This document shows positions 1-13,850 of a stretch of 64,000 nucleotides of DNA, piece by piece. Below the pieces are notes generated by a model. The model saw only the letters and a program-made list of their open reading frames with translations. It made no database searches and had not been told where the DNA came from. This stretch comes from Dudresnaya verticillata. Taxonomy: Eukaryota. Position numbers and translations under genes: made by a program. The stretch lies in NCBI GenBank assembly GCA_977862235.1, contig OZ374560.1, forward strand, positions 806,001 through 870,000, in the 5' to 3' direction. Numbering within the stretch: the first letter of the stretch is position 1; each line of letters starts with the position of its first letter.

Positions 1-2666
1 CACCACTCCTCTTCTTCTGTGTTCCTGTAGAGATCTTCACTTTGCTGTTGTGCCTATTTTCACCGCATCCTTCACTTCCGTAGACCCGGAAACATTTGCA
101 CGTCCTCCCGAGGGTCCACGTCCTGAGTATCCTCCCGAACGAGATGAGCTGGGAAGCACATCGAAATAGTCTCTCTCATCATGTAATTGTGGCGTAGAGG
201 TAGAACGGAGAGAGCTGGCTGAAGAGGAAGAATTGTTTCAATGCAAGGATTCCCGAACTGACTTCGGCAACTGAGGGTTCATGTCTTCGAACGACCGAGG
301 TGCAGGCGTATCTTCTCGGCTTTGCGATTTTACAACCGGCGAAGCGAAAGTCGGGGTTCTTGGAGATGCAAGTCTTTCGGACATTTGGATCTCTCCTTAC
401 GTCTCTGGATTTGTTCGGGTCTGGAATTTAATTGAGCCGTCGAGCTGGCGAGGTGGAGACTGTTTGTCCGTTACCAGTTATCAGCTGGCGGTGGGTCAGA
501 AGAGAGAGTTTAAGTACCCTTTGCAAGTCAAACCCCCTTTCCTTTCTTCTGGGTGTTTTGCATTAGAACTATTCCTGGCTCGGGCTCCACAGCCATTACA
601 CGGCCTTGAGACCTGTCCTGTCTCCATACAGACAGACAGAAAATGCTCGACTGCCGAAGAGATCAGAAAGGGAGATGTCTCTGACACCGTCTGCCTCGAA
701 GGACTCCTCTTGAGACACCGGTCTCTGTCAATGGTCGGATAGAAGCTTTCGGACCTTCTCGTCCTCGGACCATCACAATTGCAACATACAGGCAATCTGA
801 TACAGATGTTTGGTATACCGAAGGACAAAGCGAGTAGAAATTATTGTGAAGTTTGCACGAAACGAACCGGAAATGAAAGCCTGCCCTCGGTGCACTATTG
901 TTGGTGCGCTAATGGGTCTTTAGTTTCCTGTGCGGGATCACCCTAAACAATTAGTAAATGTTTACCACCAGTATTGGATCCTAAGAACTTGTTTTCAGGG
1001 CTGCGGTGTATATGTACGTGTATGTGTCGGCTGTGGGTCGTATATGGACCCAATGCACTGCCTGTCCTGTACGTGTCCGTTGCATGCCGTAAACAAGCTC
1101 TAGATAAGGTCACAGATGTTTTTGTGGACATCCTGAGTTGTGTAATTGAGAGATGCCCTGCGTGATTGAAGGCTACTTGCTAAAATAAGGTCACTGCTTG
1201 CTTCACTTTTCGCGAATCAGCAATAGGCAGCACATATCTACGGAACACAGCCGGTACCTTTACAAAATAGATCTCTCGGTAATGTTGCGATGCTGTGACG
1301 TGTACAGGTGGTACCGTATGGTGCGGGAAGTGGGAAGCACGCTGAAGGGATTTGCGCACATGCACTGCGTTTCGCAAGCGCATTTGGGATTTTCGTGCAC
1401 TGGAAATCAATGGCCTACAGTATGTTTCTGTGATACTTTTATTCATATTCTACTTAGTAGTTTGTGGAAAACTGTAAACATACCGGAAGAGGAGAACGAA
1501 GCATCTCTCACTCTTGGACAAAACTCTGAAAAAATAATAGCTCTAGGATGTGACTTCATTCCATATATTTCTTGTGTCTCGTTCGGCTAAGAGAATTCGA
1601 GATATGGCATTATTATTGACGTGTAACTCTCTACTTCCATTTCTGTGTATAGTTCTCCACCACTTCATGCCCAGGCGAATGCTCTCTGAATCGAGCTGAG
1701 TAAACGTTATCATCACTTCGCGCCCATTTTTTGCGGCAATAGGGCAGGGCCCGCTGTAACATTCATCGTTGGGATACCTCCATGTTGTGGTTTGTAGAAA
1801 ACTGCGCAGGTCAGAAATGGATCCTCCTAGCACTAACAAGAACCAAAAGAAAGATATGACAAAATGTGCGCTGGGTGTGATGGTACAACAGCCTTCAATA
1901 ATCAAAAGGGCAGCGATCAACCTCGTTGCCCAGGATCAAAATGGAGACCACGTTCGATGCACCCGAACGTGGGCTATAGTGTAAGGCAAAGCTAGCCAAA
2001 CTCTTGCGTAAGGACGGGCTACAATTCAGATTGTTAAGAGGTAATTCACGCGCAAAGACAAGTCGAGTGATGGCAACTTGCGTAATCTTGCACAAAGTCG
2101 CACGGCTCTGCGGTTTTCAAAGCGCAACAGCCTTGAAGAGAATGTTTCACAGAGCGTTTAGTAGTTTGAGTTGTCTTTTGTGCTCGACTTGAGGCGCTGT
2201 TGAACGTTATTCACTCTTGTCTTCGCAATTGGCCCAGAGACACTGTCCATACGATTAAAGCCTTTCTTGACAAATGAGTAGTCAAGTGCAGAAAGTAGGA
2301 AGCAGCATTGAAAACATGGTGCGCTATTAGTTGAGACGTCGTCCCTTCCAGAGCAGTGCATTGTTTACTTGTACTGCGGATACGAAAGCGAGATACATTA
2401 TCTCTTGGAGGCCTCCTCTGCAGTTGACAGAGGTGGTGGTACCCAATCTCAAAAGCCCTTGCTGCATCTTGTTGGCTGCAGTAATTGTTTCAGGTGCGTT
2501 CTCGCCCGTTTTGTATCTTTTGTAGTCAAAACTGTTAGTGCCTTCGTGAATCGTCCATGATCAGCTCCTTCTCATCTGCCTCTTACTGGTTAACATTCTT
2601 TAGGGATGTCTCATATTGAGTATTAAAGTGTTGTCTCCCGCGCCCCTTCCGTAATTTCTTGAAGAC

Positions 2667-5600
2667 TACTTGGAAGAGGAAATCCGAAAGAACCTTCGTA
2701 ACCCTGTATGGTCTTCGCCAGCGGAACGAGAGCTTCCTAGTAAATGTCTTCTCAGTGCTGCTTCTTAGTACAAAGTCTCCGATGTCGAAGTTGCACCTCC
2801 GCACTCGCGTGCGAGCATTGTGCTTGTCTACGCGCGCTTCACGAGCCTTTGTAGATCGATCGGTCACTTCTCGAGGCATGTGATCCAGGCCGCGCACCAA
2901 CTCCTCGATCAATGACTTGCTTAATTCGTATCTCTTCTATGTCCAGCATTTGGATCTCTCCCCTTCTGTCTTGATTGCTCTTAAGGGTGTATCCGCTGCC
3001 AGGCCAGTGAATGCCGTGAGCGGGCATCTGTCTCCAAGGCGGGCCAGAGGCGTGTTGTTTAGGACTGCCTGCACAAGTGGCAGCACGGACGGCCACGACT
3101 TGAAAGGTATTTGGAACTCAGACGTGAGGGCTCTAAGAACGCGCATAAGTTCCCGGCAAACCACCTCTATTGTACCATTAGTCCATGGACAGTATGGGAG
3201 TGTGAAGTGGTGAGAGCCTCGCAGCTTCTCGCTGAGTCCTGCTACGACTTCGTTCTTGAAATGGGGTCCCCGGTCGGATACCCACTGTTGGACGACCCCG
3301 AATGAGGAGAACCATTCCATCAGGGCGTCCACTGTCGACGAGGCGTCTGCGGCCTCGAAAGGGAAAAGCCAAACGAAGGAGCTAAAGTCGTCCTTCAGGA
3401 TCAGCACGTACAGAAATGCCTTATCGCTCTTGCCAATGTAGCAGAAGTCGAAGTGCAAGATCTTGTTAGGACCGTCGGAATGTAGACTGTGCCCCATGGG
3501 TCTCGGGATTGTCCTTCCTGACGCGGTGCAGAGGCAATGCAGGCACGTTTTGACGAATGCCTCCACGTCCTTAGCTATTGACGTCCAGCGGAAGTGTTCG
3601 CGCACGATTGCCTTAGTCGGTGCGATACCGCGATGTCCTCCTCGTCCGGTGTGTGCTGCGATGAGCACACGTAAGCGCAGCACACCACTGTCTACGGGAA
3701 GCCAGAAGACACCTCCATTGTCTTGGATGATTCCATCTTTCTCGCTGAAACCATGCGGCGGTTGTTCTGTTGTTTCCTTCTGAGCCTTAGCGAAGTCGTT
3801 ACGAGTTGGCCAGTCATACTCTTCGTTATTATTGGGAGTAATTGGGGCGTAGAACAGGCTGGTTAGCTTGACCGACTTCACTCTGTCTCTGGGCTTGACG
3901 GCCCAGCGCGTTAGTATTTCCGCCCATACGTTTTGCTCGGCAGGGAGGTGCTCGATGACGTATCGATAGACGCTCAGCTTGAGCGCCCATCGCATGAGCT
4001 TGTTCGCTGTGTGCCGGCTCATACCTGGGTTCCTTCCGTACGGGTCGAAGATGTACACCAGGTTGGCATGGTCCGTGAACAATGAGATCTCACCTGCCGC
4101 TGTGAAGTGGTCGAGTCTTGTCATAGATTCTACGACCGAGAATGCTTCCTTCTCTACTATACTCCAGTTGGCTGCAGCGCCTGTAAAGGATCCAGATAGG
4201 AAGGCTAAGGGCTCGTGATCCTGCTCATCGACGTCCAAATCCATCTGTTGCTGTGGTATCTACGTTAGTACAGACGCCCAATGGGTCTCAAGGGCGTCGG
4301 TGAAGAGGCAAAGCCTATGGCTTGACTTAGGATGTGCGAGCTTGATTGACTGGACTATGTGAGATTGAATCTGACTGAAGGCAGAGTTGTGTGTAGCCCC
4401 CCATAGTCCAGACAGTGATATGTTCTTCACTGCTTTCTTGGTTTGCTTCTTTGCCTTGCCGTAGCAAATCTCCATCAGGTCGTGAAGCGGTGCGATTGTC
4501 TTAGAGTACTCGGGGATACTCTTGTGTATCCAGTTTGTAGCGCACAAGAACTGTTGGAGGTCCGAAGCGAATTCTGGCTTTCGCATGCCTAGGATGGTGT
4601 CTAGTTCCCGTGGGCTATAGCGAACACCTGTATCATCTACTACACGCCCACAGAAGCTTGCTTCCTTCACGAAGAGTTCGCACTTCTTGGCATGCAGCTT
4701 GAGGTTGTACTTGCGACACTGCCTGAAGAACAACAGCAGGGCTTCCAATAGCTCCTTCTCGTGTTTGGCGTGGAGCAGGAAGTCGTCCAACCACTGAATG
4801 ATCTTCTTGATGCACTCGACAAAGATGTGAGATGTCACGCACTGGAAATGGTTTCCGGCGTCCGTCTGCCCTTGTAAGAGGCGAACGGGAGTGTGCACCC
4901 CGAGCGGTGTCTGGATAGACATGCATTCTTGTGACTCTTCGTGAAGCGGGATCTGCCAGTACGCATGGCACATGTCCAGCTTTGCGAAGCACTTGCTGCC
5001 TGCAGTTGTCTGTATCATGTGGTCGAGGTCAGGCATAGATGATACGATTGGGATCGTTTCCCGGTTGGGTGCCCGTAGGTCTACTGTGAAGCGGAACTTG
5101 TCGGACCCTGGCTTTGGAACCGCGAGGGCAGGGCTTGCCCATCTTGTTTGGGAGTTGCTACGAATGGCCCCCACGGATTTGAGCTCACGAACGGCTGTAG
5201 AGATGAAGGCGTGCTGTTTGGGAGTGTACCTTCGCTGCTTGGCTCTGACAGGTCGGTGGTTAGGCTTGAGCTTGATCCTGAGCGGCTCCACCTTGGCCGG
5301 TGGGTCTGCCCCCAGGTTAATCCGGAAGATGTCCCTGTACTCGTCGAGCATCCGTTTAGCTGTTGCTAGCCCTTCTGCTGACATCCCGTTGTCCTTCGCA
5401 GACGTCAGCATACTTCTAAATGCTTCCTGTATGTCTTCTTCCTTGTCTGTTCCGATGTTGGCCCCTGCAGAGGGCGGCAGTTCGATCGGATTTTCCTCAG
5501 CCTGGTCGTAACACAGGCCGGTGTATGGGGCGAACGTTGCGGTCTTGGCTGAGTTACTGAAGGCCTCGAAGTCGTCTTCAGTGCGGCTCATGAGATCTTT

Positions 5601-6938
5601 GATGTCCGCTTCGTCGTACTTGTCTCGTACCTTCTGCAAATGTGACTCTAAGTTGAAGCCTAGGCACTTGAGAAGCGGACGTCCTAGCAGGACCTCATCC
5701 ATGTCTTGGTCGATGATCAGGAACTCCACTTTGCGCAGTCGGAGCGGCCCACATGGCAAGCATACAGTGATGTTGAAAAGAGCCTTCGCAGACGCGGTGA
5801 TTGTACCTTGCTTCAGCTCGACTGCGGGAGATAAGTTGATTGGTGTGTCGAACGTCACAACCTCCACAGCCTTGCGAGCCTGCTGGAGCAGCTTCACGAT
5901 CCGTTTAGGGAGAGCAGACTTGTCTGCACCGTAGTCGCCTAGGGCAATCACTTCGACTGACTCGTGCAGCAAAGCCTTCCAGCGTCCATCTCCAAGTGCA
6001 CCCCTTGAGATGGCGGCTACCTTAGCCTTCTTCTTCTCATCGTAGAACGCATCCATCAGCCTTTTCATCTCTTCTGGGCTGGTCATGTCGCAGTCCATGA
6101 CTCGATGATGCTTGTGGCAGGCCTTGTTCAGGCACGGCTCTGACCACTCGGTGTTTTTGCGTTTCTTCTTCCTCTTCGAAGCGTCGCTTCTGTCTGCATC
6201 CTTGGAGGTGCTAGGGTTCTTTTCTCGGCTTTTGTCATTGCTGTTGCCGTGCTCGCTCTTGTCTTTTCGAGCCTTCTTCGGGTTGCTGTCTTTGCCCCGG
6301 CCTCCGTTGTTGCTCGGAGGGCTTTCTTTTTCTGCGTACGTAGCGATGTCGACGTACGTCGCAGTGACCTGTTCAAGGAAGTGGTGGAAGCTTCTCTTGT
6401 CCTCTTCCTTCCAGTACTTCATGCTCGACTTTACCTTGTCGCGCAGGAGTCGCGGCTCCAACTTCGGGACGAGCTGTTGGATGAGGGCTTTCGGTGCCTC
6501 GGTGATGACCTGTGCCGCTCGGTTCCTCTGCAGCTCGGTTGTCACTGACGTGAAGAACTGCTGTGCGGCACCTTGGGGGTCGGAGCTCTTCGGCTTGAAC
6601 TTTACCCGGTCCAGTGCGTTGGACACCTGGTTGTCGATGTCTTTGTGTGAGACACGGCAACGAGCCTCCAGCCATGTGTTCACTTGCTCGTCAGTGAGCG
6701 TTGCGGTAGAAGTGACGCCGGGGAAAGCCTGGCACAGGATCATCGATGTGAGTAGCTCGGGATCCGTGCACGACTTGAGGCCTGCCGGCGGTATGCGTTG
6801 CGCCGGTGTCCGAGAGCGGTTGAACTCCTCGAACTTGTCCTTGTAGGCGCGGTACTTTATCTTGAACGCGAGAAGCTCCTCTCCCATCACTGACTTGAGT
6901 TGCGGCGCCGTAATCGACGAAATAGTAGCGCCTGCCAT
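2667..6938 (-). pseudogene. gag-pol polyprotein pseudogene of Gypsy A
   Basis: Probable ATG at 6938. Motifs: CLNKACHKHHRVMDC knuckle, GDYGAD protease, QWLDD RT, FTDA/EKEA/TDH RNase H, H-H-CLHC and D-D-E integrase. An in-frame TAG at 4260-4262 sits where element B has Gln (TQVP). Two compensating frameshifts lie at ~2960 and ~2910. Confidence 0.9.
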
Positions 6939-7072
6939 GTTGTGGTGGGCGGTGCCCGCAGTACCACGCGCGTCGCTCAGTAGTGCTCTTCGAAGAACAA
7001 AGCGCTTTGATGGGTACTGTGCGGCGCGGCGATCGTGTGCGTGCCCTGTGGCGACCGGAGCCCGGTTGGCAC

Positions 7073-7359
7073 TGTAGGGATCTGGGAAGAGGCGCTCGGG
7101 CGCTGGCAAGTCTGGTGGGCACCGTGCTGGTTGCCCCCACTCCTCGACTGGAGTGGAGCAGGTTTATATAGGCCTTCTGTCAAGGCGGGAGCCGCTCGAA
7201 CCCGCCGTCGGCCCTCGTCCGCGCCGCGCTGGCGTGCAAACAGCTTCCCGCGATCATTGTCGCATAATTGCGCCAAATCATGCGTCCTATCTTGACTGAT
7301 GGGTTTGCTATCATACCAGATGATCTGACTGCCATCTAACGTTGTCTGCGTCAACTACA
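7073..7359 (-). repeat. Putative 5' LTR of Gypsy A (287 bp)
   Basis: The minus strand begins TGTAG and ends CTACA, contains TATATAAA (~7163-7170) and lies 134 nt upstream of the gag ATG. No second copy is present to confirm the boundaries. Confidence 0.6.
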
Positions 7360-10300
7360 GTGCCCGCTGTGTGCCACAGCGGGATAACAAAGACTGAGTT
7401 CATGACTTGTTGTTCATTATTCGATATGACCCAGATAAGATCATAAAAACATTCACCTTTGGATAGTGCTTAGAAGGGAACATATGTTCATCGCTTTGGG
7501 TATACTGCGGTAAGTCATTGTCATTGCAGGCTTTTTCTTTCACATCTCTATCGCAATGATTCCTGTTCAGACACTGCCAAACAATTATAACCAATACGAT
7601 GTATTTTGTACGAGCACCAATATTCTCCATCTAGCTTTCAGGGCAAATCTGTGTCATGTGCAAGATATTGGCACACACACGCATATGAACAATTGAGAAA
7701 GCAGTTTTTGAGCTCGCGGAGTACTGAATCCAGCGATTTTGTTCTCAGCGTGTAACGTCCCTCGATTATTAATCACGGGGGGACCTAGCGCCCGGCCCGC
7801 TCTTCTGAATAAAGTTCCTCTCTCTCGTTGGAACTCTTTCGAACAAGTTGCTGTGCTCCACAGAAACATCAGGCCATCACGTGACAGTCACGATGACGTG
7901 CTGAAGGATTCCGTCACGCTGTCGGAAACAGTTTCAAGTGGTTGGGAAGACATACTGTGTAGCATCGACAAAACTGTATCATTAGGTTGAGCTACCATTG
8001 CATAAAACAAGTACGTCATGGCTTACTGCTACACGGGCGAGCATCAACTTATCAGTTGTTCCTTAGATATTCCCAAATCGCCCATGTTCGTACAGTATGT
8101 AGAAATCCTGTGCGACTTCCCGGTACCATGCATATGTGTACGGTAGATGGTTGCGGTTACGCATCGTAACGAGCAGAGGTTGACAAACAACGAATGCTTG
8201 TAGAGAGCAACGGGCTTCAAGCTAGTGAAAGCCACATTGTTTTTTGTTTCGGATTTGCACGACCGGTTCCAGTGGGGTAGAGGGACGTTGTAGCTAACCG
8301 TTATGATTGCCATAGGTACGTTGCTACAGTGGGTTGCAACGCAATCCCGATCGTGCCTTGTCCCGAGGTCAACATACATTGCCTCGGTCAGCCGCCTCTG
8401 GGAGAAGACGGCAGAGATAATCCACACACTACAGCGAGTCCTTGTCATCATCCTTGTTGAGGCAGTCGGGCGTCTAGAGTACGCACCTCTAGGTTGGGGA
8501 ATATTGCAACCGCGGAATATCGCAACCGCATTCGAGTGCAGAATTTTCTCAGTCTCTTTTGGTGACTCATCTTTATCCTCAGAATGGTGAGACATCTGGG
8601 GTCGAAAAGCCCTTAATACCCAGCTAGTTTCACAAGTGTATCGCCGGTCTAGCTAGAACCACTCGTGAACGCGCCAAAATCATCGTGTTTGTGGAAGTCT
8701 GAACATGGAACCTCACCCCATGTTCATGGGCATCTACGGTTGCATTGTCACAGGATTATTGGTTGGCGTCCAAAGATTTGCAAACTTCATCGCTGTTAAG
8801 TTAACGCAGCTAGTTTCAAGGCTTACAATGGCCAGCAAGCACGAGACCTCTCCGTCTACGGAGAAACTTCGCCTCATTACTCGATTACTCTCTTTAGTTC
8901 TCCAATGCGTCGCCGTGAGCGTCAATCGCCACAATCTAGCTCCGCCTCCTCTTTACAATAGCACTGATTCCTAATGCCCCTTAAGGGGCTTCTCTCTTGC
9001 TCTTGAATAAAGGTCTCTCTCTCTCTGTTAAGAAGGGTACCTTCCCTGTCGCTTAGAAATTATCTCTGGATACGGCAGCCTTCTTACCGCCCTATTCATT
9101 CGGTCTATTGCGGTAGGCGTTAATCGTGGCCAACTTTCCAGTTGTCCTATCCTGCTTTCCTTTAGCTCTTTTGGGGGGTTGATCCCTGTTTTACAGCGTA
9201 AAGTTCCATATCTCTCTGTTTTTGACCTCGGCCCATATACTCCAGTGCATTCGCGCTGCTTTTCCTTTCAATAATCGACCCACTAATATCGTTGTTGTTA
9301 TGTCATGCCCTTAATGGTACGAATAGAAAAGGCTAATAGTTAGCAAGTGTTGATCACCCAATACACATTAGTTCAGTAGAGTTTGTCTATATTCATATCA
9401 CTCAATGAGTTCACAGATAATCTTGCAATCAACACTCATCCCTAACTGTCTATTAGAAAGCAGGATAAGTTTTAAAAGCAAGAGAAGCTTTGCCACAATT
9501 CCAACATTTCTGACTGCTGTGGCGAAGAATAGTGAGGCCATAGCGCAGCTAGTAGCAAGAGAATGTGTATGAGATCCCAGTACAAAGTCCTCGTGTTTGC
9601 GAGGCTTTGGGGCGCTGGTGTCTGTCCGCTATCAATACTAACCCTCTCCACAATGCCAATATTCAGAGTACCCCGAGAGAGCTCCTAGTCCTCTCCGATA
9701 TACAGTACAGTAGCAATAATCGTTGTCTGAAATAGTATATAGGCCAGCCAAGACTGTTCTGAAACAGTATATAGCCAGCCAAGACTGTTCTGCAATATTT
9801 CACGAGGAAGAGCCGCTTCTCTCGCTCTCCCTTTGAAGAAACAGATTCAGGAAGCTCAAATGGCATACATGGAACGACGGGGGTGGCCTTCTTGAGTGTT
9901 GGAGGGTTCTTGAGCTTCCGCATATCTTGATCTGGAGTTCAGTTATTCATGCTTCTCAAATTAGTGTCACCACGTCTCTGCGAAATCTTTCTCTTTCTGA
10001 GCCCCCTTACGGGGCTGTAGTCTTTCCTATGCATAAAGGTCTCCATCTCTTTCTGAGACACCTTGTTTCCGAGATGGGCTTGATGGAAACCTTCAGACGA
10101 CACAAGGCTTGGTTGAATCATAGGGAAAACTTAGATATCAATCTGTAGAAAGCTGCAATACTGAACGTGATGCGATGTGTGGACACACTGCAAGCACGCC
10201 CGTATTGTGACTCTACGCATTGCAAAAGTGCTGAGTAGAGTATGACAAGTCAAATTGTATATGCCAACAGATGGTACTTCGGCTGGTTCCGAGCCAGCTC

Positions 10301-11639
10301 AAAACAGAAAATGCATCCTATTCCAGAAGCGATGGCCTAGTCTCGAATTCGCCCATAGTCCCTAAACGCAGTGCTGAGCTATTTCGGAGAAATGGTACAG
10401 CCACATTGATTCTATTTGAGGTAGAGTGGAAGGTCCCTGACGGCGTTTCATATATCAATAGGCTTTTCGTCCACTGCACAAGAAGACTACTTTAAGAGGT
10501 GCGCATATCTGACTGCTGCAGAAATGAAAATACCTATTAAGATGCTCAAAGCATGCCTGCCGGCAGGCAGGAAGAGCTTCAAAGCATATGGATCTCCTAA
10601 GTGTTCCGGGCCAAAACTTTGACCGACTCGTTAGTAGGCGGAGAGCTATCGGAGCACAAATGGTTTAGGAGCCTAGAGCATTACATTGAAAGTAGCATGC
10701 AATGTATTACCAAGGCTGCTTCGCAAGAATTGCAGACTGGAAACTCAAACAGAGCTCTGTTAGTTAATATATGGTCTAGGCCCACCGAGCGTTTTTGACA
10801 AACGTGTTTTTGTCCTCTGCTATCACACAGTTGTCATTCCAGCGCTTATAGCAGGAATGCAAGCATCTTCAAGCGGGTATGTCCAACATAAATTGCAGTT
10901 GGCAGAATGGTCTTACAGGAAGCTAAATTGATAGCAAAAAGACACGAGTTAATACCTCTCGATTGTTTTTCTGATCTCAAGCGTACAACAAGCAAGGTGC
11001 AAAAAGTATACTTCTGCGGTTGGAAGCAGTTCAAGACAGGTTCAGCACAATCACAAGACCACGATAAACAAACATTAAAATCAAACATCACAATCTGTTG
11101 AACAAAAAAAGACTTTCGTTTGCTAGCACTATTCCAAGCATGTTACCATCAACAGCACTAAGATGACAACATCATCTTCCACGGACAAGCTCGTAGTGTA
11201 CAATCCGTTAACTGCAGTAACTACACGAACGGGCGAGAAAATGGAGGCAGATGATACCAGGATATAGATCCTGTGCGATCGCTCTGTACTGAACGGTTGC
11301 CAGTGCAGGTGGTTCTGTGGAACAAGGTGCTGCTGACACATGAAATGTGGATCTCAAAGCAATTGTAACTGTGTCATAGGGCCTGCAAGTTGTAGATTCT
11401 TGACTTGCCAAGGCGGAACATGGGTCTTCCCAATCGACGGGCACCCCGTTGGCTACCACTTGGGAACCAGCAGCACCAGCAGCGGACGTATATCGATCCT
11501 GTGGGCCTAGGTCTCCTGCGTGTTATAGGGAAAAATATGGGAGTGAACTAGAATGGCTTCATCTTCTCTCGCTTACCACTGACACATCCAGAGGATCCAA
11601 ACTGTCCACCCTGTCGGTTTTTTAAAACCTTTCGCTTAC

Positions 11640-12450
11640 TGCAGCAACTCCAAAGCCAAAAACCCGGGCTTCATACTCCGGGACCCTTGCAGACTTTGTA
11701 CGGGTGAACCCCTGGCTCCCTTCATCTGCAATTGAACTCGATCGGATTGTAACATAGCACACACAAAAACGCTTTGAGATCAACCCCACCCCTGCAGGAC
11801 GTCAAAACCTGAAATACTTACTCTGTTCCCCCAACTTCTCTGGCCATGTCTCAACTCAGAACTTGATTTGTCACGCCGATGCATCCTTGGACGGAAGAAA
11901 GTCCTCCCATCTCAGTCCGCGGATCTATTGACAAAGATTTTAATGCAAGCTTTTGTGATGCATCGGACCCAATTATATGAGTTCGAATGTTCTATGTCCC
12001 TCGACCTATCTCAGTCCTGCTATCTGCAGGCGAGTGAGGTTCTGGACTTGCACTGGAAAGACATCTCACTTCCAGGAAGCGTCTACCTTTGCTATAACTC
12101 GGACCACATTGCCGGTGTCATCATCCAAGACGCTGAAATTGGGCCCCAGTGGTTCGTACCAATTAGGCATTCCCAAGTGATACGCTGCCCGGTTAACTGT
12201 ACTATCCAGAGATGTGTTCAACTTAGACTATGGACTTTACTTGTCATCCGTCAAGCAGCACTGCAGAAGACCTAGGGCTCTCTGGTATCCCATTCTCAAC
12301 ACACTCCGCACGAATCAGCTCTGCCCTTCAAGATTTCTTTGATGGAATCCCGATAGAACAGCTCGCAATCCGGAAGATGGAAGAGCCTTTCTACTCTACG
12401 AAACTATCTCACGAATGGAAGAGGCTGGTTGATGAAACTTCAGGTAACAC
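11640..12450 (+). pseudogene. Degenerate tyrosine recombinase (DIRS/Ngaro/Crypton-type element relic)
   Basis: Pieces in three frames read CYL(Q)ASEVLDLHWKDI (catalytic Arg position is CAG at 12027), FSTHSARI (HxxR, 12302-12313) and GRWKSLSTLRNY (Trp at 12378, Tyr at 12405). Stops and frameshifts are present. Confidence 0.8.
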
Positions 12451-13659
12451 CTACTTGTCAGCATCTTATTGAAGACTAAGTTCGTAGCTTTGCGGGCCAG
12501 TTCGGACCGAACCGCACTGTAGACCGTGAACCTGAAGGACAAGAGTAAGAATCTAATTTGCATATCAGACCTGCAAGGCTTGCGGGTGGGAGTTATCGCT
12601 CGTAAGTCTGGAGCGACAGGACCTCAAACTAGAACAAGTGCTCCCAGGGTGATCTGGAAAGTATGGGTAGCTTTCCCCTAACAATATTGACAGCATTCAA
12701 TGGCTATTACATATAGTACACTCCCCTAGAAGAGTTTTTCGGAACGGGCCTGGGCATCGCGAAGGTCTTCCAGCTGGAGACTATCAAATAACGCAAGGTA
12801 TCCCCAGGCATTCAATTGATACAAAAGTTCGTGGGGGAAATTACGACTTCATTGGAGGGAACGGTGGGGGCAGGAAAGCCCTCCATGGTTCTAGGATGTG
12901 GAGCAACGGTCCAGCGACCTGCGGTTGATGGAAAGGGAGGTGACCTGGAGGACTTGGGAAGAAAGTTTGAATAGGAGGGATCGACAGATAGCAGGCGGGC
13001 ACGAGCCACATTAGCTGAGAGCGATTCGGTGCAGGCTAGTATCAAATTCCGGACCAGTGGCACCGCATTTTTCGAAGAACACAGGGTCAAAGTTGGTACC
13101 AGCGGCTGAGCGCAACGCCAAGTACTTTCAGATATTCTCCCGTTATTTGGAGATGAGGGTACCGAAAGACTCTCTATCCCGGCTGCTGCAAGGCATGGAG
13201 TGAGGGATAATGATGGTAAAGTCGAAGACCGGGGGACGCGAGGGCATCGAGGGGTCGTGAGTTTTGACGTCAGCACATTGCAGTTGAGCTTGGCTTTCCG
13301 TTCTCAATAAGGCCATAAAAAAACAAATCAGGAGGCGGTTTTATAGCCCTTTGTCAAGTCATCATTCTTTTTCTATCTCATGCTTGCCATTGAAATAAGT
13401 AAACACAGCGTTGTTTAAACTTCTTCAGATTCCTGCTCTGTAGCTTCAATATCAGTAAGACGCACATGTAGTACCCCAGTAGCAGTAATTCATTACTAAA
13501 AAGTCTGTCCGCATCATATGAAGAAACGTCCAATTTCAACTATAGAGAGATTTTACTTGGGAGAACTTCAAGCCCCGAACTGCCGTCGTTGAAGGAAGGC
13601 CTTTTCCTTTAAGCTCTGAAAACGAGCACTCATTTTGTAGAGTAATATCCGTTGCTGGG

Positions 13660-13850
13660 TTATACTTCTTGCACTGCATTGTTTGCTCTGCCGGGTACTA
13701 CCGCTTGTAGAGTATTGTTTACTTTGCGGAAGGAAATCGCTTGTAGAGCAATTTTACGCTTGCTGTGCGTTACTGCTTGCAGGGCACTGTTTGCTCCGCT
13801 GGGCGTTACCGTTTGCATAGCATTACGGTAGTTTGAATCTTGTAGAGTAC
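13660..13850 (-). repeat. Degenerate 36-nt tandem repeat (12-aa xxALQAV-like units on the minus strand)
   Basis: GCTTGTAGAG-like cores occur at 13703, 13739, 13775 and 13811. The translation reads NAMQTV/SALQAV/IALQAI/NTLQAV/NAVQEV. Confidence 0.7.

Larger units (their letters stand above)
2667..7359 (-). mobile_element. Ty3/Gypsy LTR retrotransposon 'A', disabled and 3'-truncated
   Basis: Domain order is gag, zinc knuckle, protease, RT, RNase H, integrase. Similarity to the intact element at 15292-20627 ends abruptly after ...VLSDFLFQV (~2667). No chromodomain, PPT or 3' LTR is visible. Confidence 0.93.

Noticed and set aside
1..2580. Short ORFs at the window start
   Set aside because: All frames are interrupted and no motif was recognised. 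This is probably decayed sequence.
9663..10121. Two in-frame minus-strand ORFs separated by one stop, plus a ~25-bp local duplication near 9737-9792
   Set aside because: No recognisable domain, so a pseudogene call cannot be supported.
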